Assembly: GCF_963921235.1 (NCBI RefSeq)
Contig: NC_086109.1
Coordinates: 10,666,001 to 10,730,000 of the forward strand
Origin: Mobula hypostoma
Taxonomy: Eukaryota
Length of the DNA stretch: 64,000 nucleotides
Direction of reading: 5' to 3'
Shown: in pieces, positions 12,342-24,129 of the stretch
Layout: every line of letters begins with the position of its first letter
Numbering within the stretch: position 1 is the stretch's first letter
Notes under the pieces: model-generated
Told to the model about the DNA's origin: nothing
The model's database searches: none
Seen by the model: only the letters and a program-made list of their open reading frames with translations
Program-made: the position numbers and the translations under genes

Positions 12342-14540
12342 TCAAATTCCTGTAGCACCAGACTCCAACTTAGCAAACTTCATAGTGGCCAAAAACACTG
12401 ATGAATTGCGATCAATGTAACCTCTCATTGGGTTTCGTCCCGGACCACAGTAACAAGGGTCGTCCCATTCCGACTTAGTTTTCTCTCGCAAGGGCCTAGT
12501 AGGAGGGGGAGGGGTAGTAACCGCAGAGTTATTGCAAAACTTCCTGCAGTACCCCACCATCTCCAAGAGCCTTCTGAGGGCCCTCTTGTCTGTCGGGGTT
12601 GGGATGTCAGAGATAGCCCCCACTTTAGCTTGCATCGCTGCCAGCTGCCCCTGTGTCACCACAATTCCCAGGTAAGTGACCTTCGTGTGGCCGAACTCAT
12701 TTTTTTCAAGGTTCACTATCAAGCTGGCTTCAGACAGCCGTATTACATCGCCAATACACACCTCTGTGTTCGTCAGCCCTTTCGTCACCGAATTACTCAT
12801 TCTATAGGGCTGTTGCTTGCTAGGCTGGCCTAGTGTAACAGACACCATCCAACGTCCCAGTTCTTTGCATTGCCTCGGGACAATCAAACACAAGTGTGCC
12901 AGTTGTTTAATTACTTCTCCTAAAGAGTCGCTTTGTTCAGGGATTAAGGGAGAGACCTTATCAGCAGAGCTGGCCAAAACAATAGCCTTCTCCCATCTGG
13001 TCGATACCATATTCATCTTTTCAAAATGGTTTTTTTCTCTTATCAGGGAGACCCTAGCTTCATTGATTTCCGCGCTAACACCGACTAGGTTTGTTAGCAT
13101 ATCAAAAGCCTGTGACCGTCTCAGTTCGCGTCTGCCATGATCAATAACATCCTTCCTCCTGGGCAGCCAGTAAACCTCTTTCATGATTCCACCAACTGTT
13201 TCCTCCAGCACCTCAAAATGTCCACCGGGAGGTACCTTGGGGGCCAGGTTAAAAATCTCATCCCCAGAACTCTTTTGCACCACCCCCCATTCCTCATCTG
13301 CGGGTACCGTACTTGGTTTCCCTTTCTTCCTTAGCACTTCCTCCTCCACACAATAGCCTACTGGCTCCCTTCTTAATTCTGCGTCAGAGAGAGCTGTCTC
13401 TGCCAAAACCATCAGCCCCTCGTCTCGCTCCTGCGCCTGCACAAGTTCTTTCCTGGCTAATGTTAAGTCTGTCTCAGCTCCCTCACTACCTCTTGTTTCA
13501 CCACACTCCTTCTTTTCACTTTCTACCCCGTTCTCGTACAAGGCTGGCAGAAACGTCTGAGCTAAATTTACTACCGTGGTCCCGTGATGAACCTGTGAGT
13601 CCATGGGTGGGGCCTCAATGCTGGCAGGCTGACCTGTCAATCTCACTGCTGGGAACACGATTCCCCCGGCGAGGTCATTACCGAGCAAGACTTCCACGCT
13701 TTTCATCGGTAATTCGGACCTCACCCCGATCATGACTAGTCCAGAGACCAGGTTGCTTTGTAAGTGTATCTGGTGCAAAGGGACGGCCTCTGTCCCTTCC
13801 CCAATACCTTTGACCTTGACCTCCACAGCCTGGGTCTCTGAGCTAAACTCTAATACACTCTTCAGTATCAGTGACTGACACGCTCCCGTGTCTCTCCAGA
13901 TCCGCACTGGAACTGGTTTTAACCCCTCCTTCACTGACACCAATCCGGTCGAGATAAACCTCTCGCGCCCTTCCTGAACTTTGGCAGACCTGTCCCCTCC
14001 TAGCGGTTCGTTTACCAGCTCGATACAGCCAGTCAAAATCGCCGTTTTTCCTTTTCCCGTCTCCTTCTTTGGGGCAAAGCACCTGGACGCAAAGTGTCCG
14101 ACTTTCCCGCAATTATAACAGACGACCCCAGGAGACTTCCTACCAGACTGCTCCCGGTCTACCTTATCCTTCTCACTAGTCCCCGGCTTACTTTCTGACT
14201 TTTCTGGCGGACTCTCCCCGCCGTCCTGACTACCGTTCTGGTAGCCTTTACTCGGGGCAAGCTTCATTTTATGCGTCAACGCATACTCATCCGCTAACTT
14301 AGCAGTTGCGGCTAACGTGGCTGCCTCTTTCTCATCGAGGTAGGGTCTCATACCCTCAGGGACACAACCTTTAAACTGCTCAATCAGGATCAGCTGTAGC
14401 AGTCTGTCATAATCCCCCTCTACCCCCTTGGAGGCGCACCAACGCTCACAATATGTCTGCATCTCACGGGCAAACTCTAAATACGTGTGGTCCCACTGCT
14501 TTCCGGAACCTCGGCCGGTATGCCTCTGGGACCAACTCAT
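12342..14540 (-). CDS. Gag C-terminal part (SCAN-like domain, CCHC knuckle), aspartic protease, then remnants of integrase and RT
   Basis: LIEQFKGCVPEGMRPYLDEKEAATLAATAKLADEY (SCAN-like), CYNCGKVGHFASRC, RDTGA (protease), GGHF...YWLP (integrase Zn-binding relic), QQPYRM and LIVNLEKNEFGHTKVTYLG...PTPTDKRALRRLLEMVGYCRKF (RT relics). No YxDD and no integrase DDE core. Confidence 0.85.
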   Translation of the reverse strand: MSWSQRHTGRGSGKQWDHTYLEFAREMQTYCERWCASKGVEGDYDRLLQLILIEQFKGCVPEGMRPYLDEKEAATLAATAKLADEYALTHKMKLAPSKGYQNGSQDGGESPPEKSESKPGTSEKDKVDREQSGRKSPGVVCYNCGKVGHFASRCFAPKKETGKGKTAILTGCIELVNEPLGGDRSAKVQEGRERFISTGLVSVKEGLKPVPVRIWRDTGACQSLILKSVLEFSSETQAVEVKVKGIGEGTEAVPLHQIHLQSNLVSGLVMIGVRSELPMKSVEVLLGNDLAGGIVFPAVRLTGQPASIEAPPMDSQVHHGTTVVNLAQTFLPALYENGVESEKKECGETRGSEGAETDLTLARKELVQAQERDEGLMVLAETALSDAELRREPVGYCVEEEVLRKKGKPSTVPADEEWGVVQKSSGDEIFNLAPKVPPGGHFEVLEETVGGIMKEVYWLPRRKDVIDHGRRELRRSQAFDMLTNLVGVSAEINEARVSLIREKNHFEKMNMVSTRWEKAIVLASSADKVSPLIPEQSDSLGEVIKQLAHLCLIVPRQCKELGRWMVSVTLGQPSKQQPYRMSNSVTKGLTNTEVCIGDVIRLSEASLIVNLEKNEFGHTKVTYLGIVVTQGQLAAMQAKVGAISDIPTPTDKRALRRLLEMVGYCRKFCNNSAVTTPPPPTRPLREKTKSEWDDPCYCGPGRNPMRGYIDRNSSVFLATMKFAKLESGATGI

Positions 14541-15334
14541 AAATCCTGAGGATGGCCTCTTTCACCACCTCATACCACTGGGCATCTTCCGCGGACAAAG
14601 CTGAGTAAGCTTGTTGGGCTTTCCCTTTCAGTACACTCTGAAGCAAAACAGCCCACTTATCCCTCAGCCAGTCCTGATTGTAGCAACTTTTTCGAAATGG
14701 AGAAAGTACCGATCCACGTCGGTATCGTCAAATGGGGGAACCAGCCTAACCTCCTGGGTCGCCCGGAACCCTCCACCTTGGTTCAGCACAGGCCCCTGCT
14801 CTGCCCTTATCCTTAACTTCTCCAGCTCGAATTCCCTTTCCCTCTGTTTCTCCTCTCGCTCCAACTGTCTCTCTCTCTCTCTCTCTCCTGCCTTTCTAAC
14901 TCTCTCTCTTTCTCCTGCCTTTCTAACTCTCTCTCTTTCTCCCGCCTTTCTAACTCTCTCTCTTTCTCCTGCCTTTCTAACTCTCTCTCTTTCTCCTGCC
15001 TTTCTAACTCTTCTCTCTCCAACTGTCTGTCCCTCTCTTTCTCTTCTCGCTCCAACTGCCGTACCCGGAACTCGTGCTTGAGTCTCAGTTTTTCAAGCTG
15101 TACCTGTACTGCGTCTCCAGCAGGTTTTTCAATAGACACCACCTCCAGCTCCCCTTGGGGAAACACACCTTTAGATACATAGTGCTCTACAATAGCTCTG
15201 TGTATCTCCTCTCTCCTCATTGTTGACTTCCCCTTAGCAAGATTCAACCGTTTGGCCACAGCTACCAATTCCGATTTCCTGGCATCCTCTAATGCCTCCA
15301 AGGTCGGCGTCTTTATAAATTCCTCAGCCTCCAT
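14464..15334 (-). pseudogene. Gag N-terminal region, frameshifted
   Basis: Consecutive pieces in different frames: MEAEEFIKTPTLEALEDARKSEL (14813..15334), LVPPFDDTDVDRYFLHFEKVA (14664..14864), LQSVLKGKAQQAYSALS...YELVPEAYR (14464..14646). Confidence 0.85.
14880..15020 (-). repeat. 27-bp tandem repeat encoding the ERELERQEK coiled coil in Gag
   Basis: About five copies of tttctcctgcctttctaactctctctc. Confidence 0.9.
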
Positions 15335-15403
15335 TTCTGCTGTTTGTCTTTTCTTTCTTTCAGGAATTTTGACCCAATCAATTTACTCCGTCCCAAATTT
15401 AGC

Positions 15404-15429
15404 GTTCAAAATCGCGGACGAGAACCCCA
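15404..15429 (-). promoter_or_regulatory. Primer-binding site, tRNA-Pro-like
   Basis: Minus strand TGGGGTTCTCGTCCGCGATTTTGAAC versus the tRNA-Pro complement TGGGGGCTCGTCCGGGATTTGAAC; 4 nt from the 5' LTR. Confidence 0.85.
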
Positions 15430-15433
15430 CTTA

Positions 15434-16322
15434 TGTTACGTACCCTGTTACTGGGTTGCCAAACCAGCGTAAATGGATCACTCAGTTGGAGTCTGGATTA
15501 CTAGAACCAAGAAAGTTTTATTAAAGAAACAAGCAACACAGTACTCTAATCAAAAGGATAATAAATGCAACAGTTCAGCAATGATAAACACACATGTACA
15601 CAGAATTAAGATAACAGGATCAATCAAGCTCTATCATTGTCTAGGGGTAAATGACCAGTTTCAAAGTGACGCAAAGTTAGTTCAATTTAGTTCACTTCAG
15701 TTTGCAGTAATCGCTGCCGTGACGATGGACAGTGGGGGGAAGGAGAGAGAGAGCAAAACGAATGAATATTCAAACGGCTTCCACACAGACCTTCGCAGTC
15801 AGCTTTCGGGTGAGCCCTTTGTGATGTCATCTGAGGTCACCGACCGTGACCCCTCCATTTCCCGATACGATTGTTTCTCTGCGGCGAACCTGGCACCCAG
15901 GCAAGGGTGGACACACACCAGGTTCCCGCCGATCATGCCTTTCCACCCTGTGCGTCTATGGCCTGGTCCCGCAACCGGCCTTCCAAAAACTTCCCACCGA
16001 CTTGTGAGAGACGCACCACTTCCAGGGTCTCGTTACCTCGGGTGTCGTGTGTGTCTCGCCTTAGCGAACTTGTCCCTTTTTATCCCCCTGCTGGGGTATC
16101 GCCTGTCCATCACTTCAAACAGTTCAGGGTTCAAAGGGGGAGCCGATCTTGACAGCTCTCCTTCTGTTACTCTCTCCCGTCCCTTCATTAACATCTCCAA
16201 ATGCTGCTCCATTGTTTTCCTTACCTCTCTCTCTCCTGAAGATAGGTGGCAGACCAACTGCTGATCCCACTGGTGCCAGCACAGGACAGCTAACATCTTA
16301 ATCTATGTGTATTCTCATCACA
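15434..16322 (-). repeat. 5' LTR (889 bp)
   Basis: tgttacg...atcaca; adjacent to the PBS. Confidence 0.95.
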
Positions 16323-16649
16323 GCTTGCATGCCTCAATGATCCAGAGAGCTCTGTTGGCTGGAGTCAGTGGCTTGTGCTTTGAACCCTAATGCATGGGTC
16401 AACCATACCAACAGGTCAAAGGGTAGGAGCCATACTAAGAGTGGTCCACTAATCCTCCAGGTTTGGGAGTTCAGCTCAGGGCTAACAATCTTGACTAGTC
16501 AAAAAAAATTATGGAAACAGCAACGAAGAATCCTTCTATATCTGTGTGCAACTGTGTTCCTAAGTCTCCACCCAGGACTTGCATTGCTGACACTAGTGAA
16601 AATGGAGAGGAAGCTACAGGCATAATGAAGGAAGCCCTGAACACCGTAA

Positions 16650-18340
16650 GACCATTAGATACAGGTGCAGAATTTGGCCCATTGAGTCTGCTCCACCATT
16701 TCATCATGGCTGATCTAATCTTCCTCTCAGCCCCAAACTCCTGTCTTCTCCCCGTATCCCTTCATGTTCTGACCAATCAAGAACCTGTCAAGCTCTGCCT
16801 TAAGTATATATACAGACTTCACCTCCACAGCTGTCAGTGACAAAGAATTCCACAGATTCTCCACTTTCTGGCTAAATTCCTCCTTATCTCCATTCTAAAA
16901 GGACGCCCCTCTATTCTGAGGTTGTGTCCTCTGGCCTTAGACTCTCCGACCACAGGAAACATCCTCTCCACATCCACTCTATCAAGGCCTTTCACCTTTC
17001 CATAGGTTTCAATGAGGTCACCCCTCATTCTTCCGAATTCCAATGAATACAGGCCCAGAGCTGTAAAACGCTCTTATGACAAATCATTCAATCCTGGAAT
17101 TATTTTTGTGAAGCTCCTTTGAATCTTCTCCAGTTTCAGCACATTCTTTATAAGATAGGGGGCCCAAACTATTCACAACACTCCAAGTGAGGCCTCACTA
17201 TTGCTTTATAAATGTTCAACATTACATTCTTGCTTTCATATTTTAGTCCATTGTATTTGCCTTTCTCACCACAGACTCAACCTACAAGTTAACCTTTAAA
17301 GAATCCTGCACAAGAACTTCTAAATCTCCTTTCACCTCAGGTTTTTGCATTTCCTCTCCATTTAGAAAATAGTCATCATTTTAATTTCTTCTACCAAAGT
17401 GCATGACCATACACTTGCCAACACTGTATTTCATCTGTCATTTCTTTGTCCATTCTCCTAATCTCTCTAAGTCCTTCGGTAGCCTCTCTACTTCCTCAAA
17501 ACTACCTGCCCTCCACCTATCTTCATATTGTTGTGAAACTTTGCAACAAAATCATCAATCCCATCATCTAAATCATTGACATATAACTTAAAAAGGATCA
17601 GTCCCAACACAGACTACTGTGGAACACTACTAGTCACTGGCAGCGAGTCAGAAAAGGCTCCCTTTATTCCGACTCTTTGCCTTCTGCCAATCAAACACTG
17701 CTTATTCATGCTAGAATCTTCCCTGTAATACCATGGGCTCATAGCTTGTTGAGAAACCTCATGCGTGGCACCTTGTCCATAGACCGTAAGACATAGCAGC
17801 AGAATTAGGCCATTCAGCCCATCAAGTCTGCTCCAACATTCTATCATGGCTGATCCCAGATCCCACTCAACCCCATACACCTGCCTTCTCGCCATATCCT
17901 TTGATGCCCTGACTGATCAGGAAGTGATCAACTTCCGCCTCGAATATACGCACGGAATGGCCTCCACCGCGGTATGTGGCAGAGCGTTCCACAGATTCAC
18001 CACTCTCTGGCTTAAAAAAAATCCTCCTTACCTCTGTTCTAAAGGGTCACCCCTCAATTTTGAGGCCGTGTCCTCTAGTTCTGGACACCTCCTCCACTGG
18101 AAACGTCCTCTCCACATTCACCCTATCTAGTCCTTTCAACTTTTGCTAAGTTTCAATGAGGTCCCTACCCCCTCATTCCTTTAAATTCCAGTGAGTACAG
18201 GCCCAAAGCTGCCAAACATTCCTCATATGTTAACCCCTTCATTCCTGGAATCAAAAGCCTTCCCAAAATAAAAGCCTTCCAAGTACACAACATCAGCCGA
18301 TTCTCCATTGTCAATTTTGCTTGTTATTCCTTCAAAGCTG
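16650..18340 (-). mobile_element. Degenerate CR1 (RT to 3' end) containing a second CR1 3' end at ~17780-18250
   Basis: EFGRMRGDLIETY...ERMFP, RRQRVGIKGAFSDSLPVTSSVPQ; two CR1 3'UTR/tail segments. Confidence 0.85.
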
Positions 18341-18577
18341 CCAAGACCAAAATAAGAAGAGAGGCCAGCTCCATAATCAAGACAGAACTTCACTGGACCC
18401 TAAAGGGTGAAGGAAATGCAGGAGACCAAAGGCAACTTGGCATTGGACCGTCGAGGCAGAAATGAGAACCCGGAACCACACCTGGGGCACAATAAAGAAG
18501 ATGGCCAAGGACAGACAGAGATGCAAGTTCTTCATTGCTGCCCTAAACGCCAGCAGCATAATGGTCGGTAAGAAGTG

Positions 18578-18870
18578 GGGCAGATGGTAGGGCCGACTTA
18601 CAGTACCAGAGACCTGGTTTCAATCCTGATTGTGAGCGTTGTCTACGTGGAGTTGGCACGTTCTCCCTGCAATCACATGGGTTTCCCCGAGGTGCTCTGG
18701 TTTCCACTCGCATTCCAAAGGCATATGGGTTAGGGTTAGGAAGTCGTGCGCATGCTATATTGGTGCCAGAAGCATAGCGACACCTGCGGCTACACCCCCC
18801 AAGCATCCTCGGACACTGTTGGGCGTTGACGCGAGTGACACGTTCCTCTGTATGTACCTATGTACATGTG
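18578..18870 (+). mobile_element. V-SINE (HE1-like) with 3' extension
   Basis: ggtttcaatcctgattgtgagcgttgtctacgtggagttggcacgttctccctgcaatcacatgggtttccccgaggtgctctggtttcc. Confidence 0.75.
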
Positions 18871-18879
18871 ACAAGTTAG

Positions 18880-19085
18880 CCGGCTGGTGGTGTAGTGGTA
18901 TCCGCCCTGGAATTCGAGGCAGGCGCTCCCGGTTTCGAAACTGGCTGCCTCCTTGCACGCTTTCCATCTGTGCTGGGTTGAGCATCGAGCTGGCAGCTCG
19001 GCCTCATGAAAAACAGACAAATGCCAAAGGAATGGCAAGGTCGCTGCCCGACGTGCTACAAGAAGTGGGAAGGAGCAAGAAACAA
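18880..19085 (+). mobile_element. tRNA-derived SINE
   Basis: A box tggtgtagtgg and B box ggtttcgaaact at the 5' end. Confidence 0.55.
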
Positions 19086-19679
19086 GATTTTAAAATCTTT
19101 AAATGGCAGAAAGAGAAGACACTTTGAGCAGTTGGTAGGTTAATTGGCCATTGGAGTTGGTCCACAGGGTGAAGCTTTACTGGTAGAATCCAGGCGGCAA
19201 ATTGAAGAGACTGTGCAGAGAGGAAAAAAAATGTGACCAGTGTAGGATCAGAGTAAATGTGTGCTTGATGGTCAGTTCAAACTCAATGGGCTGAAGGGCC
19301 TGTTTCTCTGCTGTTCCTCTCTATGAGTTTCTGGCTCTAAAGGCCTAGCATTGATTATTTTCCTGCACAGTTCTTAGTAAAAGTCAGTGGACTATTCATT
19401 CGCTTCAGTGTCTCTCCTACAGATGTGCCTTAACCCTCACTTGAATCACTTGGGTTGTGTGTGTGGTTAACACAAACAATGCATTTCGCTGTATATTTCA
19501 ATGTACATGTGATAAGTAAATAATCTGAATCTGAGTAAGTAGATCTGATTTGTTAAATACAGTAAATCTAGAGGACCTTGTCATGTAATACCCAAATCTG
19601 TTTCCTCCTCCAATTTCTCTCCTGCTTTTCTCCATTGGTGAATTCATATTGGGCATCTACTGTGTTGCAAAACCACGCA

Positions 19680-20330
19680 CGCATGACATCTAAAGCTTTG
19701 ACAAACTTCTATAGATGTCTAGTGCAGAATATATTGATTGGCTGCATCACAGCCTAGTATGGAAACACCAATGCCTTTGAATAGAAAATCCTACAAAAAG
19801 TAGTGGATATGGCCCAGTCCATCACAGGTAAAGCCCTCCCAAATAGTGAGTGCATCTACATGAAGAACTATCGCAGGAAAGCAGCATCCATCATCAGGGA
19901 CTCCCACCACCCAGGACATGCTCTCTTCTTGCTGCTGCCATCAGGAAGGAGGTACAAGAGCCTCAGGACTCACACCACCAGGTTCAGGAACAATCAACCA
20001 TCAGGCTCTTGAACCAAAGGGGACAACTTCACTCAACTTCACTTGCTCCATCATTGAAATGTCCCCACAACTAATGGACTCTTTATCTCATGTTTTCAAT
20101 TTTTATTGCTTATTTATTTATTATTATTGTTGTTTCTTTGTGTGTATGTACAATTTGTTGCCTTCTGCTGTCTGGTTAAACGCCCTAGTTGGGTGGTCTT
20201 TCATTGATTTTGTTATGGCAATTATTCTATGGATTTATTGAGAATGCCCACAAGAAAATAAGTTTCAGGGTTGTATCTGGTGACATATACGTAGTTTGGT
20301 AATAAAAACTTACTTTACTTACTTTACTTT
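19680..20330 (+). mobile_element. Rex1/Babar-type LINE 3' fragment
   Basis: AQSITGKALP...RKAASIIRDSHHPGHALFLLLPSGRRYKSLRTHTTRFRN followed by a 3'UTR and (acttt)n tail. Confidence 0.85.
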
Positions 20331-23300
20331 TCACAGATAAAGTTTTTGCCCCATCGTATTCATTCCTGCCAAAAACAAACCATTCGAATTAATCCCACTT
20401 CTCAGTTCATCCACTCTCTCCGAACTGAATTATCCCAATCAGACACCATTTGTCACTCATGAATCCAGTCACTCAGCACCTTAATCTCTACTTGAGGCCA
20501 TTGAGTCATCGTGGTGATATGGCCATCATGGTTTCCATAGCACCAGGACCATTAGCTACGAATTTTCACCAGAAACTCATAACAAAATCCCACAGAAGAC
20601 TCCCAGAGGGAAGGTTTTACTTTGGATTCTTTGCAAAGTCGCTATTTCCCCTCAGTTAAGCAACTATTTTTATTTATTGCTGAAGCATTTCAAGTGGTTT
20701 TTGAAGGACTTTGATGCCACGGAGCTATCATGAGCATCTTGTGGGACATCGTCTTCAGCACGAGGTCAGCCAGCAAACATGTTCAGTTTGCAGTGGAATA
20801 TTACAGCAAAGAAACAGACCATTTAGTCTATTCGGCCTGTTCAAGTCCACAGGCGTCAGCTCGTTTAATCCTCCTCTTCAGCCCATCCCAAATGTTCCCT
20901 TTCAGAGAGCATTCCTAATCCCTTTGAAGACACCTTATAAACTCTGTTAAGCAATGACATATGACTTAATATCTGGGAAATGCTTCTGTACGAGTGTGGG
21001 TGTAACTTTACTCAGAGAAAGTGTAGACTCTTTGAATATAGAACAAACAGCACAATACACACCCTTCGGCCCAGGATCTTGTGCCAACCTTTTAAGCTGC
21101 TCTAAGATCAATCTAATCCTTCTCTCTCACATCGTCTTCCATTTTTCCATCATCCATGTGTCTATTTAAGAACCTGTTAAGTGTCCCTAATGTATCTGTT
21201 TCTAACACCACCCCTGGCAATGCATTTCATAATGAATTTATAATGAATTGATCTGATTGAACAGATCGGAATCAGGTTTAATATCGCTGGCATAGGTTGT
21301 GGTTTGTTAACTTATCAGCAGCAGTGCAATGCAATACATGATAAATATAGAAAAAAATAAGTAAATCAGATACAGTAAGTACATTTATGTATATTAAATA
21401 GTTAAAAAAAATAGTGCAAAAACAGAAATAATAAAGTGAGGTCATGTTCATGGGTTCAATGTCCATTTAGGAATCTGATGGCAGTGGGGAAGCTTGAATC
21501 GCTGACTGTGTGCCTTTAGGCATCTGTACCTCTTTACCGACGGTAACAACGAGAAGAGGGCCTGCCCTTAATGATGGATGGCTCCTCCCTGAGGCACCGG
21601 TCCTTGAGGATGTCTTGGATACTCCGGAAGCTAGTACCTGGAGCTGACTAATTTTACAAACTCCGGTAGCTTCTTTCGATCCTGTGCAGTAGCCCTCCCA
21701 TTCCAGACGTACTCAATGCCGTACTGTATCTCAGTATATGTGAGAATAATCAATTAATTTGCCAATTTATATGTTGGACACTTTGTTACTGATGCCAATT
21801 AAGCTATCTTAAGTGCTTATATCCAATGAATTTAAAAAAATATATTCTTGTGCTTTTACTGTGTGTTTTTTTGTGCTGCGTTGGATCCAGAATGACAATT
21901 ATTTCATTTTCCTTTACACTGGAAATGACATTAAGCAATCTTGAATTTTGAGAACATGGAACAGTTCTATACAGTACAGGCCCTTTGGTCCACAATGTTG
22001 TGCCAATCCTTTAATATACTCTGAGATCAACCTAACCATTACCTCCTCCATAGCCCTCCATTCTTCTTTCATCCAGGTGCCTATCTAGACATAGACATAG
22101 ACATACTTTATAGATCCCGAGGGAAAGTGAGTTTCATTAGCTGCATCAACCAAGAATAGAGCATAAATATAGAAATACAAAAACCACAAACAATCAAACA
22201 ACAATATGAAAACTATGCCATCTAAGAGTACCTGTTACAACCGTGGACACTGCCACAGAGTTTGGGTGCTCATGCAGGCAGGCAGCTGAAAGAAGTCAGC
22301 AATCACGCACGTGAGAATGCACGCCAGCCGGTCATTGGGGGTTTCTTCTGTAATAGTATGTAACTCTCTTCCTTTTGGTTCAGTTTTTCCAAGTCGTAAT
22401 CAAAGCACAGCGATGACACCACTTCCTGTTGATCTTAATCCACATTTCGAGGAGGAAGATTAGTGACTTAGATAGATGCCGTTAAGGGAGCAGTGTTAAT
22501 TTAGAAACTGCTTTCGAGCGACAGTGACGCTGTTACTTTTTAGTTAGTCTGAGAGTTTTTAATTAGCGGCCCAGTTGGTCTAATGTTTATTATTTTCCTT
22601 TGTTCTGTATAGGTCTTATTAAAACTCAGTGAACTGTTCGGGCTGTGCTGTGTATCTCCCTCTGCAATTGAGACATCTCTGACCTCCCGTCAGTTTGTTA
22701 AATATCCGTAAGGTATCTGCCTCTATCACTACCCCGGCAGAGCATTCCACACACTCACCACTCTCTGTAAAAAATCACACTCTGACACCTTCCCTTACTT
22801 TCCTCCAAACGCCTTAAAATTATGTCCCCTCATGATAGCCATTGTGGACATAACAAAATACTTGACTTTGACTTGGATAGGCAGAATCTTTTCCCCATGG
22901 TAGGTGCATTGAAAACAAAAGGGGCATCGGTTTGAAGTAAAGGAAGTGGTCGGAGGGAGAAGGCAAGGGAATGGGGTTGAGAGGAAATCAGCCACGATTG
23001 AATGGTGGAGCAGATTTGATGGGCCAAATGGCCTCATTCTGTTCCTACGCTTGCGAAGAGAATTTTTAAGAATAGGAGAAAGCGACTTCGGCACCAATTC
23101 ATGACACCATCTCCCGCCTTTGGGTCAGGGGAACCCTCCAGAGAGTTCAGAGCTGCAGTAATCTTGAGCATCTTCTGCAAAGGGGCCAAGTCTTAGGTGA
23201 AGTATTCCAAACTTAATATTTAAGCATTGTTCAATTGTAACACTTAGAGAGGTTGGGGTAGGCCGGAGGGGTATGGAGGGCTATGGTCCAGGTGCAGGGA

Positions 23301-23559
23301 AATGGGACAAGGTGGAAAAACAGGTTGATACAGACTGGTTGGGCCTATTTCTGTGCAGTAGTGCTCTGTGACTCCAGGCACACTTGCGATAATTACAGAG
23401 GGACTTCCAGATGCACTCCCTATCATGGAGTACAACTACAAGGAACGTAGCCTCGAGAAAGCAACATCCATCATCAAAGACCCCCATCGTCCAGTCTGCG
23501 CACTCTACTCGCTGCTGTCATCAGGAAGGAGGTACAGGAGCCTTAGGTTCCATACCACC

Positions 23560-23950
23560 TGTAATGAGTTCTTCAAGCCTGTGTGGTGTTTTAGAGTACC
23601 TGATTGGTTAATTTTTGTTTAACGACAGTCATTAATCGTTTAGAGTTCCTGTGTTTCTCTCGAGCGACTCACTCTTTGTGGTGCGGTCCCTGGTGCCTCC
23701 TGTTTAAGCTTGTTAAGTTTATTTTGACAGGCTCCGGGATTCATTGTTACCTGTTTTATTGAAGTGGGTGCCTGATTAGTGCCAATCGCAGGGTCCGAGT
23801 TTTGAAAATGTTACTTCTCACGGTGTTGCTCGACTGCACCACTGTTGTTCTTTCGGAATTACTATGAATAAACTCTCGACACCGTCCCTACATCAGAGTC
23901 TGTCGATCCTCTGCACTTGGGTTCCAATATTGCCAGCGCACATCGTGACA
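23560..23950. mobile_element. Solo LTR (391 bp) inserted in a Rex1-type 3' fragment (~23400-24120)
   Basis: TGTAAT...GTGACA with aataaa; the host sequence resumes on the far side; degenerate flanks ccacc/tcacg. Confidence 0.7.
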
Positions 23951-24129
23951 TCACGAGGCTCAGGAACAGTTATTATCCTACAACCATCAGGCTCCTGAAT
24001 CAGTGTGGTAACTTCACTCACCTCAACTCTGAACTGAGTCTAAGACCTACAGGCTCACTTTCAAAAGGACTCAACAACTCATCTCCCCAGTATTATTTAT
24101 TTACTTTTTTAATTTATTCATCATTATTA

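Larger units (their letters stand above)
11268..16322 (-). mobile_element. Gypsy LTR retrotransposon, Gmr1-like (PR-IN-RT order), internally reduced and non-autonomous
   Basis: Two ~890-bp TG...CA LTRs; 4-bp TSD GCTT (11264-11267, 16323-16326); tRNA-Pro-like PBS; PPT; Gag/SCAN/CCHC/protease ORF. Confidence 0.95.
11238..18575 (+). mobile_element. Internally deleted RTE-clade LINE, split by the LTR element and by CR1 copies
   Basis: RTE-type 5'UTR at 11238-11267 and 16323-16600, ORF start ...EEATGIMKEALN at ~16610-16645, resuming at ~18340 (gccaagaccaaaataaga) and jumping to the RTE C-terminus (LHWT..GRPKATW..TVEAEMR..WGTIKKMAKDRQR). Confidence 0.65.

Noticed and set aside
18880..18950. tRNA gene
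   Set aside because: Has A and B boxes but no convincing cloverleaf, and it continues into a SINE body.
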